48,818 nt of DNA, taken from UHGV virus genome UHGV-1992300; one strand, given 5' to 3'. Origin of the DNA: a virus. The position numbers were made by a program, and so were the translations under genes. The notes under the pieces are model-generated. The model was not told where the DNA came from and searched no databases. It was given only the letters and a program-made list of their open reading frames with translations. Below are positions 18,508 to 27,025 of this stretch, piece after piece (positions within the stretch are counted from its first letter, which is position 1; each line of letters opens with the position of its first letter).

Positions 18508-18583
18508 GGCCCTTTAGCTCAGTGGTGAGAGCGAGCGACTCATAATCGCCAGGTCGCTGGTTCAAATCCAGCAAGGGCCACCA
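18508..18583 (+). tRNA. tRNA, anticodon CAT (Ile2/Met type; ileZ-like)
   Basis: Cloverleaf read by eye: acceptor GGCCCTT/AAGGGCC, D-arm TAGCTCAGTGGTGAGAGC, anticodon loop CTCATAA, T-loop GGTTCAAATCC, 3' CCA. Confidence 0.85.
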
Positions 18584-18590
18584 TCACATA

Positions 18591-18667
18591 CCGCCATTAG
18601 CTCATCAGGAAAGAGCGCCAGCCTTCGAAGCTGGTTGCGCGGGGTTCAAGTCCCCGATGGCGGTCCA
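18591..18667 (+). tRNA. tRNA-Arg, anticodon TCG
   Basis: Acceptor CCGCCAT/ATGGCGG, anticodon stem-loop CCAGC-CTTCGAA-GCTGG, T-arm CGGGGTTCAAGTCCCCG, 3' CCA. Confidence 0.8.
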
Positions 18668-18680
18668 TTATCTGCATCAT

Positions 18681-18757
18681 GCGTTGTTAGCTCAGCCGGA
18701 CAGAGCAATTGCCTTCTAAGCAATCGGTCACTGGTTCGAATCCAGTACAACGCGCCA
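18681..18757 (+). tRNA. tRNA-Arg, anticodon TCT
   Basis: Acceptor GCGTTGT/ACAACGC, anticodon stem-loop ATTGC-CTTCTAA-GCAAT, T-arm ACTGGTTCGAATCCAGT, 3' CCA. Confidence 0.85.
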
Positions 18758-19048
18758 CACTTATTTTCCCTGGCTCGCTTTTGTGGGCCTTTTTTTTAAA
18801 TGTCTCACAATTTAGGCGGTTGACTGTTGTCTGGTTTGCGGGGAGTTTGTTAAAAGAAACTGGCATGGTGAATCCCCCTGTGCGGAGGGGCAATCAGCGA
18901 GTAGGTATATGGGATAATCGCGGATTCAGGTGCTGGTACTGAATTCACCGGGAGGCACCCGGCACCATGCAATGGCACATAGCGCCACTCTCCAGCCCCT
19001 CTCCGGAGGGGCTGTTTATATTGATTTTGTCAGATGTGAGTAAACTCC

Positions 19049-19384
19049 TTATGGACTTTGTTGTTTTAGCCCATAAGGACATATTTGCAGAGTGCAACGG
19101 TTATTAAAGCATTCATTCAATACGTTATCTGTATTTGTAGGGCATTCCTGGCTGTTTTTGATTAAATTCCAGAATGTTTTATTGAATGGTACTACGTTGT
19201 AAATGGTTACAGGTAGCACTTTGTTATTGAGCATGATGCCTGTGTGAGTCAGTGTAAATATACTTTCAGGAGGTAAGAAAGCATCCGATTGATACCAGAT
19301 TATTAATTTTATTTTACTCCATATGACTGAAAAAGATATTCCGCATGATGGCTGGATAACTGTATCAATCACAATCCACTTCAT
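19049..19384 (-). CDS. hypothetical protein in AT-rich insert (stx-equivalent locus)
   Basis: 111-aa ORF with AAGGAAA RBS 5 nt before the ATG; region 19020-19630 is far more AT-rich than its flanks; four Cys in the C-terminal 30 aa; no recognisable domain. Confidence 0.45.
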   Translation of the reverse strand: MKWIVIDTVIQPSCGISFSVIWSKIKLIIWYQSDAFLPPESIFTLTHTGIMLNNKVLPVTIYNVVPFNKTFWNLIKNSQECPTNTDNVLNECFNNRCTLQICPYGLKQQSP

Positions 19385-19644
19385 TTAGTTTCCTTGTTTA
19401 TGCCTTGCTGGTGATGTTCTGAAAAGTATAAATGATATTTTTGATTGTAAACCATAGAGCAGAATTATTTTTCTGATGTTGTTTATTGTTTATTTAAATG
19501 CAGGGTGGTTTATATCTCGTCTTGTAGTTTATCCATGCATATCTGCTTGATGATGAGGTTTTTATTTAAGGTATGGTTTTGTGTTTTTTCTGTATTACAT
19601 GTCAGGTATTTTAAAGAATTATTTTTCAGATGGTGGAAAGAACC

Positions 19645-21606
19645 ATGGCATTTAAACACTATGATGTTGTCAGGGCGGCATCGCCGTCAGACCTTGCGAA
19701 ACGACTGACACAAAAACTGAAGGAGGGGTGGCAGCCATTTGGCAGTCCGGTGGCCATCACGCCTTATACCCTGATGCAGGCCATTGCGGCGGAAGGTGAT
19801 GTCACCACACCTGTGGTGGTGAAGCCGTCGGATGGAGAAGGCGCAGTTATCAGCACCACCAGCAACCCGGAGTATTACTTTGTTGTTGCCCTGGCCGGGC
19901 AGTCAAACGGTATGGCGTATGGTGAAGGGCTTCCGCTGCCGGAGACATATGACCGTCCGGACCCGCGTATTAAACAGCTGGCGCGTCGCAGCACTGTCAC
20001 GCCGGGTGGTGCGTCCTGTAACTACAATGACATTATTCCTGCGGACCACTGCCTGCATGATGTTCAGGATTTGAGTAAGTTTTCACACCCGAAAGCCAGC
20101 GCAGCTCAGTATGGATGCGTGGGGCAGGGATTACATATCGCGAAGAAATTGTTGCCGTTTATTCCGGCGAATGCCGGTATTCTTCTGGTTCCGTGCTGCC
20201 GTGGTGGTTCTGCATTTTTGGCGGGCGATGAAGGTACCTTCAGCGAATCCACCGGCGCAAGCGAGACCTCGGCACGCTGGGGTGTTGATAAGCCACTGTA
20301 CAAGGACCTGCTTACCCGTACTCAGGCCGCACTGAAGGCCAACCCTAAAAATATTCTGCTTGCAGTGGTCTGGATGCAGGGCGAGTTTGATTTGAAACAG
20401 GGTGCATACGCCACTCAGCCGGGGCTGTTTGATTCCATGGTGGAAAAATATCGTTCTGACCTGTCGGAATTCGGAGGTCAGTGTCTCGGGGGCTCTCCGT
20501 CATCGGTTCCCTGGATTTGTGGCGACACGACCTACTACTGGAAGCAGACTTATTCTTCGCAATACGATGCGGTGTATGGTGCATACAAGACGAAATCCGC
20601 AAAAAAAATCTTCTTTGTGCCGTTTATGACGGATGAAAACGGGCGAAATGTGGGTACCAACGAGCCGTCAGAAGATCCGGATGTTGCGGATATTGGGTAT
20701 TACGGAGCCGGTGGTCGAACGGACGCCAAAACCTGGACGACGGCCGACCGTAAAACGCATTTTGGATCATGGGCACGTCGTGGGATTATTTCCGACCGTC
20801 TGGCAACGGCGATTCTTGTGCATGCCGGGAGAAACGCTGAATTCATTACCGGAAAACAGCCTGATACGGTGAAGCCCACCGGACCTTCCGGTGAAGGTAC
20901 GGAGAGAGAGCCGGAAGCCCCGGTCAGTAACCGAACCCTGATGAGTCTGCTGGCGTCCGGCGAAGACCTGGCATCACAGGGCTGGCGCTATTATCACAAA
21001 CCGGCGAGCGGAGACAATGTTAACAAAAACATTGCTGAAGCGGTGGTCAGTGATGCGGGGGCTACGGGAGGTAAGGCCCTGCAACTGAATAAACCGGAAA
21101 ACCACATCTGGTTTCTGGAGCATGATGCAGCCGGACAGGGAGTGGAGTTACTGAAGAAGGGGGGACGTGTGAGCGTACGGTTTAAGTTGCCGGGTTCACT
21201 GGTGCCGAATCAGTTTGCCCTGGGCATTTACTGGCAGTTGTCGTCCCTGCCGGAGGGAGTGACGCTGGCAGAGGAAGGCAACGACATGCTGATGTCCTTC
21301 TTTCTGCAGACGGATGCGACGAACCTGAACGCGATGCACCACAAGAAGCCGAATGCGAAGCTGGAAACGTTCGGGGTCTTTGATAACGGATGGCACACAC
21401 TGGCTTTTGAGTTTGCCGGAAACAACAGCATTCAGGTGACGCCGGTACTGGATGAGAAACGGGGGACGCCGTTCACACTGGTGAAATCTCCGGCATCAGG
21501 GGCGGCGGACAAACTGCAACTGACAGGCATATCAAAGGCGGCGACATATACGCTGCTGATTGACAGTGTGAAGGTGGAAGTGAACAACGCGGACATCGCG
21601 GCATGA
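19645..21606 (+). CDS. NanS-p-like sialate O-acetylesterase (DUF1737 N-terminus + SASA esterase domain)
   Basis: Starts 'MAFKHYDVV'; 'ALAGQSNGMAYGEG' esterase motif; same position as the nanS-p/yjhS-like gene downstream of stx in Stx phages (from memory). Confidence 0.85.
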   Translation: MAFKHYDVVRAASPSDLAKRLTQKLKEGWQPFGSPVAITPYTLMQAIAAEGDVTTPVVVKPSDGEGAVISTTSNPEYYFVVALAGQSNGMAYGEGLPLPETYDRPDPRIKQLARRSTVTPGGASCNYNDIIPADHCLHDVQDLSKFSHPKASAAQYGCVGQGLHIAKKLLPFIPANAGILLVPCCRGGSAFLAGDEGTFSESTGASETSARWGVDKPLYKDLLTRTQAALKANPKNILLAVVWMQGEFDLKQGAYATQPGLFDSMVEKYRSDLSEFGGQCLGGSPSSVPWICGDTTYYWKQTYSSQYDAVYGAYKTKSAKKIFFVPFMTDENGRNVGTNEPSEDPDVADIGYYGAGGRTDAKTWTTADRKTHFGSWARRGIISDRLATAILVHAGRNAEFITGKQPDTVKPTGPSGEGTEREPEAPVSNRTLMSLLASGEDLASQGWRYYHKPASGDNVNKNIAEAVVSDAGATGGKALQLNKPENHIWFLEHDAAGQGVELLKKGGRVSVRFKLPGSLVPNQFALGIYWQLSSLPEGVTLAEEGNDMLMSFFLQTDATNLNAMHHKKPNAKLETFGVFDNGWHTLAFEFAGNNSIQVTPVLDEKRGTPFTLVKSPASGAADKLQLTGISKAATYTLLIDSVKVEVNNADIAA

Positions 21607-21962
21607 TAAAAAAAGCCGCCAGCGGCAGGAATGGAAGCTGGCGGAGGTAATCCCAATGGAGAATGTAAAGAAAAGATGCTTTCGACATCAATCATTTCTA
21701 AATGAAAACAGTTCTCATTGTCAACCATAACGGTAAGAAATTATGACATTTATTCATCAGGTAATGCTGTACTTCTGTATGGCAGTCTGTGTTATGTATC
21801 TTCTTTCGGGTGGGTACAGGGCAGTGCGCGATTTCTGGCGCAGGCAGATTGATAAAAGGGCCGCTGAGAGAATCAGCGCCAGTCAGTCAGCCGGAAGCAA
21901 ACCCGAAGATCCGCTCATTCCGTAGTCACTTTCTTGACAACACCTTTCAACGAGAAAATCCC

Positions 21963-22208
21963 ATGTCAGAAATCACATCCCTGGTCACTGCTGAGGCAGT
22001 GAAGGAAGTCCTGCGCTCTGAAGAAGTCCTGAGCGCACTGAAACAGAAACTCCGCCAGAACCTTGAGTCGCGTCTTGATGCAGAAGTGGATGCCATTCTG
22101 GATGAGCTGCTGGGCGTACCAGCGGTTCCGGAGCCGGAAGGTATCGCGGGTGACGGGAGTGCTTCAGATGGCGGTGAACCCACACCTGACAGCGACATGA
22201 TGATGTAA
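21963..22208 (+). CDS. hypothetical acidic small protein
   Basis: 81 aa from internal ATG '[13 protein letters not shown]'; weak RBS. Confidence 0.35.
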   Translation: MSEITSLVTAEAVKEVLRSEEVLSALKQKLRQNLESRLDAEVDAILDELLGVPAVPEPEGIAGDGSASDGGEPTPDSDMMM

Positions 22209-22284
22209 GCCTGCGCAAGGGACCATCGGTGTGTGCCGGTGGTCTTTATATTGTTGTGAGCTTCCGGATAACGGGAGACGGGGT

Positions 22285-22500
22285 ATGTACCAGATGGAAA
22301 AAATCACAACAGGTGTGTCATACACCACGTCAGCGGTGGGAACGGGCTACTGGTTCCTGCAGTTGCTGGACAGGGTTTCCCCGTCTCAGTGGGCGGCAAT
22401 AGGCGTGCTGGGGAGTCTGCTGTTTGGGCTGCTGACGTACCTGACTAACCTGTATTTCAAAATCAAAGAGGACCGGCGTAAGGCGGCGCGGGGAGAGTAA
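22285..22500 (+). CDS. S: phage-21-type pinholin S (dual-start)
   Basis: '[10 protein letters not shown]...[51 protein letters not shown]' closely matches S21 as I recall it, including the M-x-x-M dual start. Confidence 0.85.
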   Translation: MYQMEKITTGVSYTTSAVGTGYWFLQLLDRVSPSQWAAIGVLGSLLFGLLTYLTNLYFKIKEDRRKAARGE

Positions 22501-22504
22501 AGTG

Positions 22505-23395
22505 ATGAATAAAAAATATGAACTGGTTGTTAAGGGGATAAATAATTACGGGGATAAGGTTACTGTTACTGTGAAGCCGGAAGGTGACGGGCAAGCGTCG
22601 CTGTTGTTGCCAGATGTGGCGATTAGTCTTGACCGTACTGAAGGTGCCACGCTGGAGTTTTACGAAGCTGAGGCGAAAAAGCAGGCGAAGCAGTTTTTCA
22701 TGGATGTTGCTGCCGGGTTATGTGAATGGAACGAACCGTTGCCGGAAAAGCGCCCCGTAATTTTAGAGGCGCAGGATGTGTTGATAACCTACAAAGGAAA
22801 GCTACCGGGAAGAATTACTTGTTCTCTGAAGATGCCGCCGTCAACACTGCGGTCAGAAAAAGATGATGTTGAATCACGTATTGAAAAACTGGAGAGCTAC
22901 GTCGTTGAGCTGAATAAGAAATGGTCGATATTGGTGCCTTCTGGCGATGAAAAGCAGTTTGCTGCGTTTGACGATTATTGTCGGAAAGTGATGAGCAGAA
23001 ATCTCGCAGAGTGTTTCAGTATTCATAATGATAATTTCAGTGAGCTGGAATGGGAGTGTAACCGGCCATCCTTTGTTGTATCCGGTGATGCTGGGAAAAT
23101 AACCATCTCAGAAAATGGGAAAGTAACACCTCCATCGCACCAGCACAGTGAGGAGCTCATTGAATTTGCCATTGATTACCTGAAGAACAATAAAAAGCAG
23201 GGGCTGATGAAGCGCGTTGGCCGTTGCATGGGATATCTTCAGGTAGCCGCTGAGATTGAAGCGCTGGCCAGTGGTGCTGATAAGGATGCAATTGTGCGGG
23301 AGGCTCTTCTTCGTGATTTTAATACTCCACCCTTTAAAAAAGTGCCGGCTTACTGGCTTCATCCGGGGCTGACTTATCTTAAAGTGCGTATTTAG
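22505..23395 (+). CDS. hypothetical protein inserted between holin and endolysin
   Basis: 297-aa ORF starting 5 nt after the holin stop and ending 36 nt before the endolysin start; AT-richer than the flanking lysis genes; no TM segment or signal peptide; no domain recognised. Confidence 0.6.
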   Translation: MNKKYELVVKGINNYGDKVTVTVKPEGDGQASLLLPDVAISLDRTEGATLEFYEAEAKKQAKQFFMDVAAGLCEWNEPLPEKRPVILEAQDVLITYKGKLPGRITCSLKMPPSTLRSEKDDVESRIEKLESYVVELNKKWSILVPSGDEKQFAAFDDYCRKVMSRNLAECFSIHNDNFSELEWECNRPSFVVSGDAGKITISENGKVTPPSHQHSEELIEFAIDYLKNNKKQGLMKRVGRCMGYLQVAAEIEALASGADKDAIVREALLRDFNTPPFKKVPAYWLHPGLTYLKVRI

Positions 23396-23431
23396 TGGGC
23401 CAGGGACAGCGGCTGAATATTTAATATATCC

Positions 23432-23965
23432 ATGAACACCAAAATCAAATACGGCCTGTCGGCTGCCGTTCTGGCGCTGATTGCCGCTGGTGCGCCTGCG
23501 CCTGACATTCTCGACCAGTTTCTGGATGAAAAGGAAGGCAACCACACCACAGCATACCGTGATGGTGCAGGTATCTGGACCATCTGCCGTGGTGCCATCA
23601 TGGTGGATGGCAAACCTGTCGTTCCGGGCATGAAGTTGTCGAAGGAAAAATGCGACCAGGTTAACGCCATTGAGCGTGATAAAGCGCTGGCGTGGGTGGA
23701 GAAAAACATCAGAGTGCCGCTGACCGAACCCCAGAAAGCGGGGATCGCGTCATTCTGTCCGTACAACATTGGTCCCGGTAAGTGTTTCCCGTCGACGTTT
23801 TACAGACGAATTAATGCTGGTGATCGAAAAGGTGCCTGCGAAGCGATTCGCTGGTGGATTAAGGACGGTGGCAGAGACTGCCGTATTCGTTCAAACAACT
23901 GTTACGGTCAGGTATCCCGTCGTGACCAGGAGAGCGCGCTGGCGTGCTGGGGTATCGACAGATAA
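23432..23965 (+). CDS. R: SAR endolysin (lysozyme R21-like)
   Basis: N-terminal weakly hydrophobic SAR segment 'LSAAVLALIAAGAPAP', then lysozyme-like domain ('EGNHTTAYRDGAGIWTICRG'). Confidence 0.85.
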   Translation: MNTKIKYGLSAAVLALIAAGAPAPDILDQFLDEKEGNHTTAYRDGAGIWTICRGAIMVDGKPVVPGMKLSKEKCDQVNAIERDKALAWVEKNIRVPLTEPQKAGIASFCPYNIGPGKCFPSTFYRRINAGDRKGACEAIRWWIKDGGRDCRIRSNNCYGQVSRRDQESALACWGIDR

Positions 23966-24121
23966 GCAGAATATTTTGCTGAAAAATGAGGAATGGCCAC
24001 GCGGGCGGATAACACGAAATCCTGCGAACTGGCGAAACGTAAGTGAATAAAAGTAAAAACCCCGTTTGTTGGCACCAAGCGAGGTTTTGTGTTTCTGACC
24101 TTGAGTAAGGCAAGGGAGAAC

Positions 24122-24304
24122 ATGGCGAAGTGTAAACGAATTCTGTTGAGGTTGACTATGAAAAATGGCCTTGAACTGAAAGCGCCTGTAACTGATGACA
24201 TCAGCAGAGCACTGGCTTTTGCCATTAAGTGGGTGGCGGTCGGTGTTGCTGTGTCCCCGATGCTGTATGGGCTGGCAAAACTGGTCATTGCGTTGAAATC
24301 GTGA
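24122..24304 (+). CDS. hypothetical small membrane protein
   Basis: 60 aa with AAGGGAGAA RBS; C-terminal hydrophobic helix. Confidence 0.3.
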   Translation: MAKCKRILLRLTMKNGLELKAPVTDDISRALAFAIKWVAVGVAVSPMLYGLAKLVIALKS

Positions 24305-24319
24305 AGGGAGGATTAAGCA

Positions 24320-24450
24320 TGTCAGACAAACTCATAACGCTGGCGAAGATCCTCTGTGTAATTGTCGGCATTTCATTTTCACTAATGCTGGTTGCTCTTT
24401 TTCTTTCCATGGCCTGGATGATGTTGTCTTCGTCGGGGTTGCTGGGGTGA
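24320..24450 (+). CDS. hypothetical small membrane peptide
   Basis: 43 aa with GGGAGG RBS; single hydrophobic helix. Confidence 0.3.
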
Positions 24451-24920
24451 ACATAAACCGAATGCTTTCCGCGTTTATCGTTATTCTGCTGGTGGCCTGT
24501 GGTGCGCTGTGGATGGCAACAGACCATTACCGTGATAACGCGATTACCTACAAAGCGCAGCGCGATAACAAAGCCAGTGAACTGAAGCTGGCGAACGCAA
24601 CCATTACTGATATGCAGGTGCGCCAGCGCGATGTTGCTGCGCTCGATGCAAAATACTCGAGGGAATTAGCCGATGCGAGAGCTGAAAATGAAACTCTTCG
24701 CGCTGACGTTGCCGCTGGTCGTAAGCGCCTGCGGATCAACGCCACCTGTCCAGGCTCCGTGCGTGAAGCCCCCACCACCTCCGGCGTGGATAATGCAACC
24801 GGCCCCCAACTGGCAGACACCGTTACACGGGATTATTTCACCCTCAGAGAGCGGCTGATGACGATGCACAAGCAACTGGAAGGGGCACAGGACTATATCC
24901 GCACTCAGTGCCTGAAATAA
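24447..24920 (+). CDS. Rz: i-spanin Rz
   Basis: N-terminal TM helix then '[15 protein letters not shown]...' matching lambda Rz; start may be GTG 24447 or ATG 24462. Confidence 0.8.
   Translation: MNINRMLSAFIVILLVACGALWMATDHYRDNAITYKAQRDNKASELKLANATITDMQVRQRDVAALDAKYSRELADARAENETLRADVAAGRKRLRINATCPGSVREAPTTSGVDNATGPQLADTVTRDYFTLRERLMTMHKQLEGAQDYIRTQCLK
24673..24858 (+). CDS. Rz1: o-spanin Rz1 (lipoprotein, embedded in Rz in the +1 frame)
   Basis: 61 aa; lipobox 'VVSAC'; proline-rich '[14 protein letters not shown]' as in lambda Rz1. Confidence 0.8.
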   Translation: MRELKMKLFALTLPLVVSACGSTPPVQAPCVKPPPPPAWIMQPAPNWQTPLHGIISPSESG

Positions 24921-25230
24921 GTTTTGTTGATGCGCCGTATCGTCGCTATATTCCCTCATTAACAGAGACCGCAGCCCGACAGGGAGACTCCTCTGCGCGA
25001 GTGTGCGGGGATAATTAAAAACGATGCACACCGGGTTTTTACCGCGTTAATGATTCGCGGGTTTATCCCGGTGCGATGGTGGAAGAAACAGGAAGCTGTA
25101 TTACAGAAAGTGCTACTACTGTATCCCGATGCGATGTATGTAATGTGAGTCAGATAATGGCACAGGATGTGGTGATGTGGCAGTCTGGAACACAGGATAT
25201 ATTGTCAGAATAAGACCCGTAGGAATAAAA

Positions 25231-25557
25231 ATGAAAAGACGCCTTTTACTACTTTTTCTGTTATCTGTCCTGGCAGTGGGATGCTCACAGCAAAAAGCTG
25301 ATGAGCCCCGGCAATTAGTGACGGTGTATCCACGATATCCGGAATATGCTGCAGCAAATTATATCAAGGGGCTGGTTGAGGTTAAGTTCGATATTGGTGC
25401 TGATGGGACTGTGACACGGATCGTTTTTCTCCGCTCAGAGCCTCATAATTTGTTTCGTGATGAAGTGGTGAAGGCCATGGCGAAATGGCGATTTGAAAAG
25501 AATCGCCCCTGTCAGGGAGTGAAGAGACAATTTATCTTTACGCCGTCACGTCCCTGA
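25231..25557 (+). CDS. lipoprotein with TonB C-terminal-like domain
   Basis: Signal/lipobox 'LLLLFLLSVLAVGC'; 'YPEYAAANYIKGLVEVKFDIGADGTVTRIVFLRSEPHNLFRDEVVKAMAKWRFE' aligns by eye with the E. coli TonB C-terminal domain. Confidence 0.6.
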   Translation: MKRRLLLLFLLSVLAVGCSQQKADEPRQLVTVYPRYPEYAAANYIKGLVEVKFDIGADGTVTRIVFLRSEPHNLFRDEVVKAMAKWRFEKNRPCQGVKRQFIFTPSRP

Positions 25558-25649
25558 TGCTTCCAGGTAGAGAGGGGCTGGACGCAGGAGAAAAATGAAA
25601 GAGCCAGCGGTTATATTTTTGTCATGGCTGACGAGGAATGATGGAAGAA

Positions 25650-25672
25650 GGCGTTGTATGCCACACAACGCC
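25650..25672. terminator. bidirectional hairpin between convergent genes
   Basis: GGCGTTGT-(7 nt)-ACAACGCC with T-rich sequence on both sides. Confidence 0.5.
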
Positions 25673-25679
25673 TCACTGT

Positions 25680-25859
25680 TCATTTCTTCTTTTTCTCTGG
25701 TGGAACCCGATGAATAAGAGTTGCACTGGTTTCCGATGAGATGGCGATATACTCGGGCAAAGTATGCTGGCAGTTTTCCAACTGGTCAAAAATACCTGCT
25801 CTCGTCTGTTGCAATGCCTGCAGCATGCGGCGGCAATGCGCCTTGCTTTTACTAACCAT
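25680..25859 (-). CDS. hypothetical small protein
   Basis: 59 aa from internal ATG with GAGGAAGGAAAG RBS; the longer ORF-track version would overlap the neighbouring gene. Confidence 0.3.
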   Translation of the reverse strand: MVSKSKAHCRRMLQALQQTRAGIFDQLENCQHTLPEYIAISSETSATLIHRVPPEKKKK

Positions 25860-25920
25860 CTTTCCTTCCTCTATCAGTCGCTGCGTGAACTCATCATGTA
25901 ATACCAGGTAAATGCGGATG

Positions 25921-26172
25921 TTATCGGTTTTGGCTACGCAGCATAGTACAAAACGGACAGGTGCATCCCGGGACGGGGGAGGCGTCACATGTCCCTGGGA
26001 TGGTTGTTCCGGGTAATGCACTGTGTGGGGCATAAAAATGTCCGATAATTTTACTTTCTACCGCAGTTAGTTGATTCGTTGGTCCTGGTAGCACATTGGG
26101 CGAGGATTTAAATGCCAGGCAACTGAAGGATGATGTTGCAAGGGAGATAGCGAGAATATTTCTGATTTTCAT
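25921..26172 (-). CDS. hypothetical small secreted Cys-rich protein
   Basis: 84 aa from 'MKIRNILAISLATSSFSCLA' (signal-peptide-like); C-terminal 'CDASPVPGCTCPFC'. Confidence 0.35.
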   Translation of the reverse strand: MKIRNILAISLATSSFSCLAFKSSPNVLPGPTNQLTAVESKIIGHFYAPHSALPGTTIPGTCDASPVPGCTCPFCTMLRSQNR

Positions 26173-26320
26173 TTGATGATGCCTCTGTGTGAAATGACGG
26201 TAAACGACGCACTTGTGCCGGCACATAATAGCAAGCACCATAATAGATCAGATTCGATTCTTGCTGTAAGTGATAATCATTCTCGTTTTCGGGTCCTTTC
26301 CGTCGATCCAACAGGTTACG

Positions 26321-26332
26321 GGGCGGCGACCT
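26321..26332. other. cosN cohesive-end site (lambda-identical)
   Basis: GGGCGGCGACCT followed by CGCGGGTTTTCGCTATTTATGAAAATTTTCC, matching the left end of the lambda genome as I recall it; sequence diverges after ~45 nt. Confidence 0.75.
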
Positions 26333-26515
26333 CGCGGGTTTTCGCTATTTATGAAAATTTTCCGGGAACCATGTCCGGTTTCTCTTCAAGTTAACTATAT
26401 GAAAAATAAAAAAAGAGGTCTTCTGTGAACCGGACATGCACAAAAAATAGACATGTAAGCCGGACATGACCGGTTTTGTTGTGATTGTGAAGTGAGAGTT
26501 TTTGCGAGGTGAGGA

Positions 26516-27025
26516 GTGGCTACGCAGACTGAAGTTGCCAGGCATTTAAGTCTGACCGATCGCCAGCTTCGCAGATTGCAGAAATTGCCGGGTGCCCCGA
26601 TATCGAATAAGCGAGGGCAACTGGATCTGGATGCCTGGCGCGATTTTTACATATCGTATCTGAGAAGAAGTAAAAACGATGTGCCTGATGGTGATAGCGA
26701 AGACGACTATGAGGAGAAATTGCTTATTGCCAGATGGGAACTGACAGCAGAACAGGCTGTTACACAGCAGTTAAAAAATGAGGTGTCAAAAGGAAAACTT
26801 ATTGATACCGGGTTCTGTATTTTTGCTCTCAGCAAGCTGGCAATGGCGTTATCCAGTACGCTTGATTCCATCCCTTTATCCATGCAGCGACAGTTTCCTG
26901 ATTTAACACCGCGCCATCTTGACCATCTGAAAACCCTTATTGCGAAGGGGGCAAATCAGTGTGCGCGGGCGGGGGATAAATTACCGGATTTACTCGATGA
27001 ATATATCAGAGCAACAACTGAATAA
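26516..27025 (+). CDS. nu1: terminase small subunit (Nu1-like)
   Basis: C-terminal half 'FCIFALSKLAMALSSTLDSIPLSMQRQFPDL' matches lambda Nu1; N-terminal DNA-binding part differs; GTG start after GAGGTGAGGA. Confidence 0.85.
   Translation: MATQTEVARHLSLTDRQLRRLQKLPGAPISNKRGQLDLDAWRDFYISYLRRSKNDVPDGDSEDDYEEKLLIARWELTAEQAVTQQLKNEVSKGKLIDTGFCIFALSKLAMALSSTLDSIPLSMQRQFPDLTPRHLDHLKTLIAKGANQCARAGDKLPDLLDEYIRATTE

Noticed and set aside
18709-18942. 77-aa plus-strand ORF
   Set aside because: Begins inside the third tRNA gene; no RBS; the tRNA call is far better supported.
18758-19640. Shiga toxin genes at the stx position
   Set aside because: No ORF of the right size, orientation or signal-peptide character for stxA or stxB; only an AT-rich insert with one reverse ORF.
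25177-25230. Longer N-terminal extension of the TonB-like gene (ORF-track start 25177)
   Set aside because: The internal ATG at 25231 has a better RBS and yields a canonical lipoprotein signal peptide.
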